DNA of 64,000 nt from Psammoneis japonica (taxonomy: Eukaryota): the NCBI GenBank assembly GCA_008632985.1, contig QPGO01000302.1, positions 1-64,000 on the forward strand. The letters are read 5' to 3'. Positions 37,538 to 48,698 of this stretch are shown here, in pieces. Every line of letters begins with the position of its first letter. The stretch's first letter is position 1. The notes under the pieces were generated by a model. That model was given only the letters and a program-made list of their open reading frames with translations. It was not told the DNA's origin and did no database searches. A program made the position numbers and the translations under genes.

Positions 37538-37799
37538 TGTCCTTCCCATGCACCCCCCCCCCCCCCCATGACTGTGGTGCAGCACACACAACGGCGTGCA
37601 ATTGTGAATGTGCAAACTTCTTTTTGTGTGACAATGCATGTTGTGCTTGCCTCCCCAGCTGCATGTTGAAGTCATTTGTCAAATGGCATGACATGACAGA
37701 TGTTCATGGCATCAACAACATTGCCATGTTTGATTTGCTCTGTGCAGCTGGTGGTGCGCACAGTTGTTGTTGTTTCATGTGGCCCAACACAGGGCTGCT

Positions 37800-40700
37800 C
37801 TAATTTTTTTTACAGTCTTTCTCAAGCAACTTTTTTTTCACTCTGCATGTGCACAGAGTGTGTGGAGTGTTCTCTTGAGCACTGTTCTCATTTGCAATCT
37901 CTTGTGTTTGTTTCTGGACAAACTTCCAGCCAGTGATGTTTCAAGTGTCAACCTTGTGTCTCTGATGAAGACAAGTTGTCCTGGCGCAGCTTGCACAGCA
38001 GTGCAATGTGCAGAATGCCCCACAAAAGCTGCTGCTGACAGCACTCCATCAAATGGACTCTCTGCATTCAGAGGTGCATTTTGTGAATCAAATGTGTGCA
38101 GCACATTGCAGGGCACTTGATGCATGTGCTCTGTCACAGTGTTTGCCTGTGGATTTTGTGTGGCTGTGGGCTTGAATTTAGTGCCGCAGTTATCTTGAAC
38201 CACAACCTGGAGTTGCTGTCTGCAGAAGTGTGTGTGAGATCGCTGAGGCCACATGTCTTGATGGCAGTTGATCACACTGATGAAACATCAAAGTTCTTTT
38301 TGAGTTGCAGGAGCTGCAGCTGCTTGGGTTGCCTCTACTTTCTTGGGCATTGGTCTGGCACCATTGTGTGAGATGCAAAAGCCCAGAGAGTCTGCTTTGG
38401 GCTTGGCAAAGAAGGACATTTTGGTGTTGACCTTTTGGCTGGCTTGATCCAGTCGCACAAGAGCTGCTTCAAACTTCTTTAGATGACATGAGAAGTCACC
38501 CTCAGCAAGGCACAGTGTGTCATCAAGAACACAGGCTCAGGCTCTGACAAACTCCAGACCTGCCATGAGCTCAGCACTCATGTGTTCTTGAAAATTGCCT
38601 GGAGCTCCACAAATTCCAATGGGGAGTTTGCAGCATTCACACTTCTTGCCCCATGGCATCATGATCTTGCACAAGCACCAAGCATGTGGCATCAGCTTGA
38701 TGTGACAGTGTCCCATGCTTAAATCTCAAATTGAGCAATGCTGCACACATCAAAAACTTCCAGCTTCTGTGGCACATCCTAAATCTTGGGCAAGGGATTC
38801 AGAGCACACATTGCCTGCTTGCTCAGCTCACAAAAGTTGGGCAGGAACCAAGCTTGACCGTTTGTCTCATGTTGAATGAGAAAGGCTGGAGCTGCCTGCT
38901 CAGAATGACTCATTTTTCTTGGGACTCCCATCTCACAGTGTCATTTGACTTCCTTTGAAGTGGCCCACGCCAAGGCTTGTGGAGCAGGAAATGGCTTCAC
39001 ATCATGTGAGATTGTTCCCAACTTCAATGTGAGGCCTGCTGATTTCCCAGTTCATTTGCCCAGAGAGCCATCAAAAAGATTCTCAAAACTTTTTAAGAGG
39101 AAGTTCAGTTGCTTCTGCTCCTCTGGGGCCAGATGCATTGCTGCAGCAGCTGCCTCATTGAGGTCAGCAACATGACAGTCAGAGCCCACGATCCTGTCAA
39201 TCCTGTCATTGAGGCCATTCATGGTGCAAGACTCTTCAATGTGATTGGCAATCAGCTTGAACACTTTGGGATCAAGAAGTGCATCAATGTTTTTCTCTGG
39301 GGCAGCCACATTTTCCCACTTGACATCTTTGCTCACAAAGTCCAGTGTGGCTCCAAGACTGCTCATCAGATTGCATCCCATGATCACATCATGTTGACTT
39401 GCAGAAGCAGCAGTGTCCTTGTCAACATGTGCTGTCTTCTCAACAAGCCCATGCTGTCAGCCACAAAGAGCCCACCTCTTTGGCACCCCAAAGCTCAGCT
39501 GCAGATTCCTTGGTTCTCTCCATTTCCATGTGAATTTGTGCAAAATCATGGTTGACAATGTTCTGCTGTCAAGGTGGATGTGCAGGAGGCTTGTTTTTGG
39601 CTTTCCCCAAGGAGGCATTCTCACAAGCAATGACTGCTGGACTTGCATGTGTTGCTTTTGCCTTTTTCTCAGGCTTTCTGACATCCAGCAATGTGCCTGA
39701 CTCCTTGACAGGTGCCAGTCATTCCTCAGAATTGTCATGAGTCATTTTTTCAATTTGACAGTTGTCCTGACCAAGGGTGTCAGAGTCTGAATCTTTGGCT
39801 TGATGTTTCTTGTCCTTTGCCAGGGAGCTCATCTTGAGGGTTTTCTGAATTGCTTGAGCAACCACAGTTCTCATCTCTTCTTTTTGAGAGACATTTTTTG
39901 CATCACCATGAGACTGCATGCAATTGCCATTTGAATGTTGCCTTTTTGGCTCTCATTCAAAGTTCTCACAGTGTTCCTTTGCCAGTCTTTTAACAACCCA
40001 GCACTTGCACACACATCATGAGTGGTCTTTTTGCAACAGCTGGACCACCAATTGGACTCAGAACATTTGGCGCCAGATTGGCAGCCATTTTTGGGATCAT
40101 GATGGGATTGGTCTTTGGCTTTGAACCCAGGCTTGTTGCCAGCATCACCCTTGACATGAATCTGGTCAAATGTGTCCTCTCTGCAACCTCCAGACACTCC
40201 AAAAACTCTGCCAGCTTGTAAAAGGTGTGATTGAGAATTTCGAGACCTTGAAGAGTGGGCTGACAGCAAAGCTCAGATTCTGGTTTGACTTGAAGGGAGG
40301 ATGGCACTTGAAGTCTTCACTCACTTCTTGGGCCCAAGCTTCAATTTGGCAGATCTTCACAGAGTCTGGCTTCTTCAGATTGCTTTGCAGACAGCACCCC
40401 TGACTTTGGAATGCATTCTTTGGGAGCGTGCAATCACAGAGGTGATGTGGGCAGTTTTTGAAGGCTCCATCATCATCTTTGGAGTCAACATTCCCCACCT
40501 CATTCTCAAAAACTTTGAGAGCATCTCCCTGCAACAATGCACGCACCTTGCAAAACTTGTCAGCCTGCTCTTGGATGTTTTGTCCAAGAGCTGGGACCTT
40601 CTTGCAGTTCTTGAGGAATTCAATGTGCTTGGGAGCTCCCTGCTTGTTGCAGCACTTGGCATCAACAGCCATGTGCAGGTCTTCTTGTCTCCGGGATGAA

Positions 40701-41300
40701 AGCACTGCTCCATTTTGAGGCACTGACTTGGTTTTTGAGTGTTTTTGGCTCAGAAATCAATTCCAGCAGCACAGGTGCAATTTTTCCCTGCTTGGTGGAA
40801 GACTTGATGCTGGCTGCATGAGATGAAAGCTTCTTTTTTTTTGTTTTTGCCTTCTGTGGTGTGTGTGCACAGGGCGCTGTGCTCAAAGAATGAGTGCAAA
40901 ACAAATGAAGGTGTTTTTGGCTCAGGAATCAATTCCAGCAGCACAGGTGCAATTTTTTCCTGCTTGGTGAAAGACTTGATGCTGGCTGCATGAGATGAAA
41001 GCTTCATTTTTGTGTTTTTGCCTTCTGTGGTGTGTGCGCACACTGCGCTGTGCTCAAAGAATGAGTGCAAAACAAATGAAGGCAGAGTGAATTGCAAAAA
41101 GTGGAAAATCACAAGATTGAATTTTGTTCTGTGATTTTGGGTTTCTCCGAAAGAGCCCCAATGTCCTGGAATGTTCTTTGCACTGCTTCTTCAGACAAAA
41201 AGCCTTGCAGAGAATCTGGTTGTGACAACAATCTGGTTGTGACAATGTTTGGATTGTCTCGGTGCATGACTGATGTTGACAACTTGTGTGCATCAACATT
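37800..41300 (-). mobile_element. Ty3/Gypsy retrotransposon remnant (gag-protease-RT-integrase, deleted and degenerate)
   Basis: Integrase KPTATQNPQAN..EHMHQV...QAAPGQLVF (37.9-38.2 kb); RT LSMGHCHIKL...PWGK.CECCKLPIG (38.55-38.75 kb); protease MIMGCNLMSSLG (39.4 kb); gag-like LLQGDAL (40.5 kb); Gypsy domain order. Confidence 0.85.
40739..41082. repeat. Tandem duplication, two ~172-bp units
   Basis: GTGTTTTTGGCTCAG...GCAAAACAAATGAAG starts at 40739 and again at 40911. Confidence 0.92.
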
Positions 41301-41499
41301 GCCTGTTGATTTAATTTGCATTTTGAGCATTCAATCAGAGGATCTCAGCAGCCAGTCTGACCTTCTTGCAAGAACTTCTTGCACATCCGCAATTGTGGTG
41401 CAATTGACATGTGTGGCAATGCACAGTTTTGAGTGTGCTTGTTTCTTTCTGTGGAGCAATGCATGTTGCAAGCAAAAGCCCTGATCTGCAATCTTCCCA

Positions 41500-44400
41500 A
41501 ACTCTCTGACTGCAAAACACTGGCAGCAGGGCCATGCAGAGGGCCTCTGCCAGGGGCCACCTTTTTCCATCTCATGCAATGCACAAAAATTGTGCACCAC
41601 CAGCCAAAGCCTTCCATGACAATGTCAAGCAATTTTTTGTGCCAACACACTTTCCTGCAGCACGGCACCTGTTGGCACTGACCACAATGACTTTGGCCCA
41701 TCAGGCAACATCATTTCTGGTGCCTGCCATTGAGTGTGTGCTGTTGCTGGTGTTGCACCACAGCAACTCATGTCATTTTTCAGCACACCTGCAGTGGCTG
41801 TCACAGGTGCTGTCCCCAGCAACAATGCCATTGATGCTGATGCTGCTGTTGTTGCAAAAACCATTGCTCTCAGCTGCACCACAGGCATGGCAGGTGATGC
41901 CATTGCTGTGGCAATCAAGTCCAAAATGCACCCAAGCCAAAGTGCTGAAAATTTTGCACTTTTCTTTCTCGTGCTCTGTTGCCTGTTGCCCCCCACAGGT
42001 GCTGTGACAAGTGCCAATGCTGTCAATGAAGTTGACAATGCTGCAACACCATTGCTGTCAATCACAACAGCCCTGACATGGCAGGTGGTGCCATTCACAT
42101 GGCTGTTGATTGGGTTGCTGTCTCTGGTGCAAGCCTGCACTTGCTCTCACTGTGTGATGATGTGGTTGGATTTGTCACTTCAAAAGGACAACAACAAAAA
42201 CAAGAGCAGCAGTGCTGCAGCTTGTGCATTTCTGCTCAAATGAGCCCCTGCACTTTTGCTGCATGCAGCAAGAACCCATTGTGAGCATTGGGCCTTGCAA
42301 AAACTCTTGACTTGGCACACAAGCATGGGCCAAAGACAGAAGGTGGTGGCCTTTCAAAAGGCATTGCCAAAATGACAGGACAGTCTTCAAGGTTGTTCTT
42401 TGACCAGCACCATTGCCAGAAGAGAGTGTGGTTGATGTTTCTTTTGAAGAAAAACATCTGCGTGTGCATTGACGCTGTGAAGTCCTGTTGCCAAATGTGT
42501 GTTGCTGGCTGCCACCTGGTTGCCAATCCTTGTGCACAAACATGGCTTCCATCTTTCCAAAGTTGGGGCATGTGGCCAGCTCAAAAACACTCATGACATG
42601 GCATGTGGTTTCTTTTGCTTTCAGGGATGCAGCTCAATCATGAGCTGCCCCACCTTCCACATCTGCCTTGACATGGCCCATGCCACAGCCCCCATGACAG
42701 ACATGACAAAAGGCTTTTTCATCAATCTTGCTGTCTTGGGCCACCCATTGCTTGTGGACTTTGCCAATGCCACACGTGCACTTTTTTCCATGATGTCAAG
42801 TGACGCAACAACATGGCATCTTTTTAAAATCCCAAAAGCAAAGAATGGTGGGTAGAAACATCTGCCAAATGACTTTCATCTGCAAAAATCAAAAAACAGG
42901 TGTGAGTTGCCACTGACAAACACAGCAGCAGCATGGTCCAATGGGGTGAATGCATCAGGAGAATGGGCAGCGGTGTTGTTGGCTGCCAGTGGAAGGCATG
43001 GGGCCACAGATGGCAGTGGCATCAGCACTTGTGGGAGGAACTGCAGTGTGAGAAAAAAAGTGTGAGTTGGCATCATTTGACGGTCATTTTGCCATTGGAA
43101 AAAGGACAAAAATGTGTTGAATAACACCAGCTGCACCAAGGGCAGGAGAATCAGTGTCATGTGCACTGGTGGCAAGACACCCAGGGATGGCATTGCTGCA
43201 AGTGGCACTGCCTGAGGAAGGCAGTGGGGCATGAAGACAACAAAACCAAAACCCAATTTCTGTGTTCAAAGGTGCTGCTGTGCTTCTACCCTGCAGCTGA
43301 ACCTTGGTTTCATGAGCAGATGTTGCATTCTGATGAAGCTCATTGCAGCATGCAAGAAGTTTATGAGTCACAGAACAGCATTGGTTGGTGTCATCTGTTC
43401 AATGGCAGATTCCATTTTGTGGAGTGAAGCTCAATTGTGACACTTGGCAGACAGCGGGCATTGCAGCCATGAGGAAAAATGCAAACATTTGGGTTGGTGG
43501 TTGGCAATGACTTTGGCATGTGTTTTGTCTTGATGGTGGGAACTGTGAGATTCCCACAACAATGCAGCTCATGGTCATGACTCCCAAACTTGCAAGTCAT
43601 CTCAACACTGTGACACAGAAGCAGAAGTCAAGGCCATCTGCTCCAGAGTTGATGACCACCTGGAGCAAGGCAAAAGGCAGATTTGTTTGGCCTTGTTGAT
43701 GGACACTTGATGCACTTGACTCACCACGTGCACAATCAGCCAGCAAGCTGTGGTTTGTCCCACATTTAAGCCAAGCATCTGTGAGGTAAAAGGTTCATCT
43801 GCAAGAGGTGCTTGCACCATTGCACAAGTTGTTTTGGTGCCACACCACCACCTTCTGGTGGTGCTGATCCAGGCCAGTTGCCATGCACTCATCCTGTCGC
43901 ACTTTGTGCATGCTGGGAGTGTGGGTTGGCTTGTTGCCAGAGCTGCAGGTTGGAACAAGTGCAGCAGCACCTTTGAGTGCAGAGCTGGGGTTGTGTTTTT
44001 GTGAGTTGCTGGTGCAGTGCAGCAATTGATGTGGATCACATCAACTCTTGCATCTTTGGCGCATGCTTGGAGATGAGCCTCTCATCATCTCCTGTTGCAG
44101 TCAGTTGGGTTGCTGGAGCATTTGAGGATTCAGAAGTTGGGCCTGCAACCAATCTTGTTCTGGTCATGATCCTGGTGCCAGCAGCACTCTCTTGCACTTG
44201 CACCCGGTGCAGGTTTGGGCAAAAAGTGTGAACAGTGTGCTTGGGTGTTCCACAACCATTGCATGCACACTTTTTCTTTTCTTGCAATTTTGGCACTTTG
44301 CAGTTGCCCACAAGTTTAAACACCATGGTGCAGAAGGTGGCACATGCTCTCAACCCCCATCTTGCTCTGTCTGATGTTTGAAGCAACCAAGATCAAGCAG

Positions 44401-45250
44401 CCATGTTGGACTGGTTGCCTTGTGCTGGCCTGGCTGGGTTGGATGCTTGAAAGATCAAGTCTGGAAAGGCCAGATGCACCAGCATTTGGCCCTCCTTTCT
44501 GTCAGACTTTTTTCCTGCTCAGTGACCCAGTGCAGGATTGTTCCTCTCCCCATTGTCTGAGGCCCCTGTCAGATTGTCATCCAAGGTTGGTGAGCCACTT
44601 TGTCAAAGTCAGGAATTTGCTTTCCTTGTTGCATCATCAGCAGCTGACAGGGAGGGTGGTGAATGACTGGCGCACTTCTATCAACAAGTGTGGTTGCTCC
44701 AACAGTTGTCATTGGGGCCATTTGAATGTGCCAAGTTTCCCATTGGCTCAAGTTCATGCCTGCACTGATGGCCAAGAAAGCACTGTGTTCTCCAACAAGG
44801 ACAAGCAGGTGGCAGCACCCCCCGCTGGGATCACCGCCAGCTTGTTGTGTGCTTCATTGTTTTCCACAATCAATGCTTGTGGTTTCTTGCTCTCTTGTTC
44901 ATGGCAGTGGCAGCCACCACAAAGATTTTTGCACACACACCCAGAAAAAGCTCTCATTTTGCCAACTTGTTGTCACCACCCATGCACCACAGGTTGACCT
45001 TGGTGGCTGGACTTGCACACTCTTCTTTTCTGTGCTTGCAGATGAGCCTGCTTCTTTGCAGGTGCTTCAGGCACTCCTTGATGGGCCAACAAGTGGCCTT
45101 GCCAAGCCAAGCAACCAAGCTTGCACAGCTTTTGTTGGTTGGGGAAACTGTCTGGCACGCACATGTGAGGAGCACATGTGCAACGTCACCTGGTGGCACA
45201 GGAGAAGGGACAGATGCAGAGCAGGGATGGAGCTGAGTCATGTGGGCAGG
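41500..45250. mobile_element. Highly degenerate TpA- and CpG-depleted repeat sequence, class not recognised
   Basis: TG/CA-saturated composition, continuous with the flanking TE remnants. Confidence 0.5.
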
Positions 45251-45700
45251 GTGTGGGGTGGGATTGGGGTTGGGGTCAGCAAGCTGGGGCTGCAGTTTGG
45301 TGGAGCGACAGGTGAGTTGGTCAGCAAGCAATTTGGTTGTTGTTGCAAAGCTGGGGCTTTTTGGAGGCCCCGTGGTGATGGAGTTGAGGTGTGGTGGGTC
45401 AAGCCGAATCATGATGAAGCAGCAGATGTGGACCGTTGTGCACAGGTGCATGCAACATGGGTGGCGGGGTGTTGGAAGGAGGATTCGGCATTCCAGGGAG
45501 GTGGTGGTGGGGCAGGGACGGGGCATTGTTGATCAGCTCCGAAAAGGAGGTGGTGTGCGAAGCAGCCGGGGGCTCCGAAGTGATCGATGGCAAAAGGGAT
45601 GAGGCAGATGCCAGCGTTGTTGAGGGTGGATGTGAGGGTGGTGTTGTGTTGGGTTTCGTGTGTTCCGTTGAACTTCCGTTTGGTGCTCGCATGGTGTGCC
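45250..45700 (-). mobile_element. Possible C-terminal restriction-like endonuclease region of an RLE (CRE-like) non-LTR retrotransposon
   Basis: KRKFNG...LIPFAIDHFGAPGCFAHHLLFG resembles the K..K(Y)...FxPxxxExxGxxG tail of RLE domains; motif resemblance only. Confidence 0.45.
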
Positions 45701-45934
45701 TCGGTGTACCGTGCCGTAAGGGCTGAGAGTGGGGGCTTTGTTTTTTCCGCCTGCCCTGTTTGCGCGCGAAAATGTTCGCAGCCGCACGACGAGCGACGCG
45801 CTCGAGCACCGTGAACAACACGGGGCATCCAACAACCGAAGCACAAGCTGGAAGCACAAGAAGACCTTACTGTATTTGAGCCGCCGGTCTTCCTTTGGCT
45901 GTGAGAGAGACCCTAGAGAGAGAGAAAGAAGAAC

Positions 45935-48319
45935 ATGTCGTTAGCAACAACATCCGGTGGCGGTTTCTCGGGTGGAGGTGCCGGCGGTGCTGGCCTTGCA
46001 ATGGCTCATCATGCCGGTGCTGTTGGTCGAGCTGCACCACCACCTCAGCATCAAGCCAACAGCGCGTTTGGGAGCGGAGCATCCACCGGTGCTCCTCCTT
46101 CTGTGGCGGCTCTTGGAGCGGACTTGCTAGATAAGGACCAGTCCCTTTCGTTAAAGCAAGTGAGGAACACATCTCATCTTCCAATTGTATCTGTCGATCT
46201 CTATGGAACTGAAGCGAAAATCGCCTCGTTTCCGCCCAAGTCTGAGTCCTTGGGAGCTATTCAATTTCCCGCGTCGTCGGGATCGTTGTCGTCGACTCTG
46301 ACCTTGAATGCTACCGAGGCTTCCCATAAGGCATTGCGCAAGTGGTTATCTAAAAGCAAGGGGTATGAATCTGTTCAAACTGCTGTTCTAGTCAAGGGAG
46401 ACAACTGTGTTGAAGTTGTTCGTCCTCATCAGCTCTTGGGGGTTCGCCGGCTCAAGGACCTACCTCAGGACGTTCGCGAGTCCTATTCAATAGACGAAGA
46501 TGACTCCCCAGCTATTGCAGAGGAAGCCAACGCAGGATCCATTGGAGTTTCAATCGCGAACGGGACCATGGACGGAGGAACACCCAACGGGGACGACTAT
46601 GACCGGGTTGTGTTCAAGATTCGTCTCCATGAGAGCAAAAAGGCAGTCACGATGCTTCCCGAGGAAGCAGTTGCTCTTGCATTAAACCAAGCAAAGTTCA
46701 AGGTTGCACGGAATACAAAGTCAAAGGATGACGAGGAGGAAATTTTGGAATACCCCATGGCATTGGCTCTTCCGAGTTGGGCTTGTGGCGATGCCGGTGT
46801 CGACGCGATCATGGATGCGGTCGACGGAACAGCAGTGATATTCCAACGTAACGTAGCGGCTCTTTCGGGTGCGCTCTTTCCTGGTTCTCAGCCGGGGTCG
46901 AAAAACGTAATCTTGGAACGATTGCAGAGCACCATTCAACAGCGAGCACAGGAGTTTCAACGGGACAAGAGCCGCGACGAGGACGCGGAGTTTAGCGACG
47001 ATTCCGTATTGATTGTGGTTGGGGTCTCGGCTGGTGGTGTGGAATGCACAGCCATTTCGGTTTCAAACTATCAATTGCTCTCGGGCCAGGCCGCGTCGTG
47101 TAACAGTTGTCCGTTTGGAAGCTTCAAGGTTTTGACCAATGTTGCGTACGCAACCAAAGACCCAATTGCCAAGCTCGGCAAGTGCATCAGAAAGCTTCAG
47201 TCCACCCTGGAAGACGTTGCACCAGAAGAAGACCTCCCGGTGGCGTTTGTTACGCACGGAACTGTTGCAGAGCAATTGGCTATCAACAAGGCATTAAAGG
47301 CGACAAAGCTAGAGTCGTGGGGCAACGTCCCAATGTTTTCCACCAAGGCAGATTGTGTGGCAGTTGGAACTGCAATCCTCGGAGCCGTCGGTCACGGACG
47401 TTTACTAACTCCGGTGGAAGGTGCCACCAGTAAGAAGCACATGACGCAGCGTGCTTTGCGCCTTTTGAATGTGGCTCCTACGTCCGTTGGCATTCGCATG
47501 AACTACCACGGTGACGATCCTAGCAAGTGGGCTCCCGTCAAGGTCATTTTTGACTTTGACCGTCGAGTCCCCGCCGGGCCTCATGTGTTGGACCTGGATG
47601 CCGCCGAGTGTGCCGCGCATCGCAACGCAAACGAGTTGGAGCTTACGCACGACGAAGCCTTTGAGGCAGCCAAAAAGTATCAGGGTTCCAAAGGTATTCC
47701 GAAGCGAGAAGAGGCCGCTCTTGGATTTCGAATGCAGATTGTGCAAAAGCTGACACGAAAAGGGGGGTGGATCCCTGTCGGTAACCCAATGAGTCCTCTC
47801 TCCAAGCGCGACGATGATGACGACGAGATTCGTCACGCCTTTGAGAGCTCAAAGCTTGAACTTAGCTTTGTTGCGACGGGTATTATCACTGCTTCACTAA
47901 CGAGCGACGGAAAGTCAGTGGTGCAAGCTACGAAATCCGCACGAAACTCCAAGCTACGATATTACGCAGGAGTGATTCTTGCTATAGCGTTCTTTGGTGG
48001 GTTCTTAATCAAGTCTTACTGGGAGGAGCATGTTTTTGAACGCGATACGGAGCGTCTCTTGGCGTATTACAAGCACGTTATACCTGGCTCCTTCCATGAT
48101 GGCGATCGACAAAACGCCCGGTACCTTGTTTGGAAGTACGGAGGCAAAAAGGCAAAGCTATGGAAGCGCCTTGAAACCAAGTATGGAGTGCCAGTTCGGC
48201 ATGCTGACGAGTGGGACGATGATGAAACGGAGACAGAGGAGGAAGCTACAGAAAACTTGGACGAGGAAGAAAGCACCCAAAAGGCCGAAGACGGTGAAAA
48301 CGAAGAGCCAGATCTTTAG
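45935..48319 (+). CDS. Divergent Hsp70-fold protein with a C-terminal transmembrane helix and acidic tail
   Basis: VSVDLYGT, LPEEAVALAL, ALALPSW, DCVAVGTAILGA and LLNVAPTSVGI parallel Hsp70 motifs in order; TM YYAGVILAIAFFGGFLI; ends EEPDL. Confidence 0.7.
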   Translation: MSLATTSGGGFSGGGAGGAGLAMAHHAGAVGRAAPPPQHQANSAFGSGASTGAPPSVAALGADLLDKDQSLSLKQVRNTSHLPIVSVDLYGTEAKIASFPPKSESLGAIQFPASSGSLSSTLTLNATEASHKALRKWLSKSKGYESVQTAVLVKGDNCVEVVRPHQLLGVRRLKDLPQDVRESYSIDEDDSPAIAEEANAGSIGVSIANGTMDGGTPNGDDYDRVVFKIRLHESKKAVTMLPEEAVALALNQAKFKVARNTKSKDDEEEILEYPMALALPSWACGDAGVDAIMDAVDGTAVIFQRNVAALSGALFPGSQPGSKNVILERLQSTIQQRAQEFQRDKSRDEDAEFSDDSVLIVVGVSAGGVECTAISVSNYQLLSGQAASCNSCPFGSFKVLTNVAYATKDPIAKLGKCIRKLQSTLEDVAPEEDLPVAFVTHGTVAEQLAINKALKATKLESWGNVPMFSTKADCVAVGTAILGAVGHGRLLTPVEGATSKKHMTQRALRLLNVAPTSVGIRMNYHGDDPSKWAPVKVIFDFDRRVPAGPHVLDLDAAECAAHRNANELELTHDEAFEAAKKYQGSKGIPKREEAALGFRMQIVQKLTRKGGWIPVGNPMSPLSKRDDDDDEIRHAFESSKLELSFVATGIITASLTSDGKSVVQATKSARNSKLRYYAGVILAIAFFGGFLIKSYWEEHVFERDTERLLAYYKHVIPGSFHDGDRQNARYLVWKYGGKKAKLWKRLETKYGVPVRHADEWDDDETETEEEATENLDEEESTQKAEDGENEEPDL

Positions 48320-48698
48320 AGGCCGTTTGGAGCTTTTGAAACTCCCAACAGGAGATCTGTAAGCGGGGAAGAGAGAAGAGAGTAGCTAGCTTGTGTCACC
48401 ATACTGTAGCTTGTCTTCTGCATTCCACAATTTACTACTCTCTCTAGAGCTTGTCTAGAGTGAAAAAAATCTAAAAGTAGTCAGTTAGTTGGCCAATCTA
48501 AGGATGGAAATGCGATGCCGAATCAGATTCAGTCCTACTGATTATTATTAGAAGTTGTCTAAGCGTTGCCAAAAGTGTTTCTACAACAAGAGAGAACTGT
48601 GGTACAAGTAGTCATGATACTACGGCCTAAGCAGTAGCAACCACACTGTTTAATAGTATGAAGCAGATAGCATGGAAATGAGGACTGATGAATATGGT

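Noticed and set aside
36000..45500. CpG methylation decay or classical RIP as the sole cause of TG/CA excess
   Set aside because: CpG decay contributes, but it cannot remove TA or turn Tyr into Cys/His; RIP would increase TpA.
28870..45900. Dense stacks of overlapping Cys/His-rich ORFs in all six frames
   Set aside because: A by-product of TpA loss: TAA/TAG stops and Tyr codons vanish while TGY/CAY accumulate. They are not genes or metal-binding proteins.
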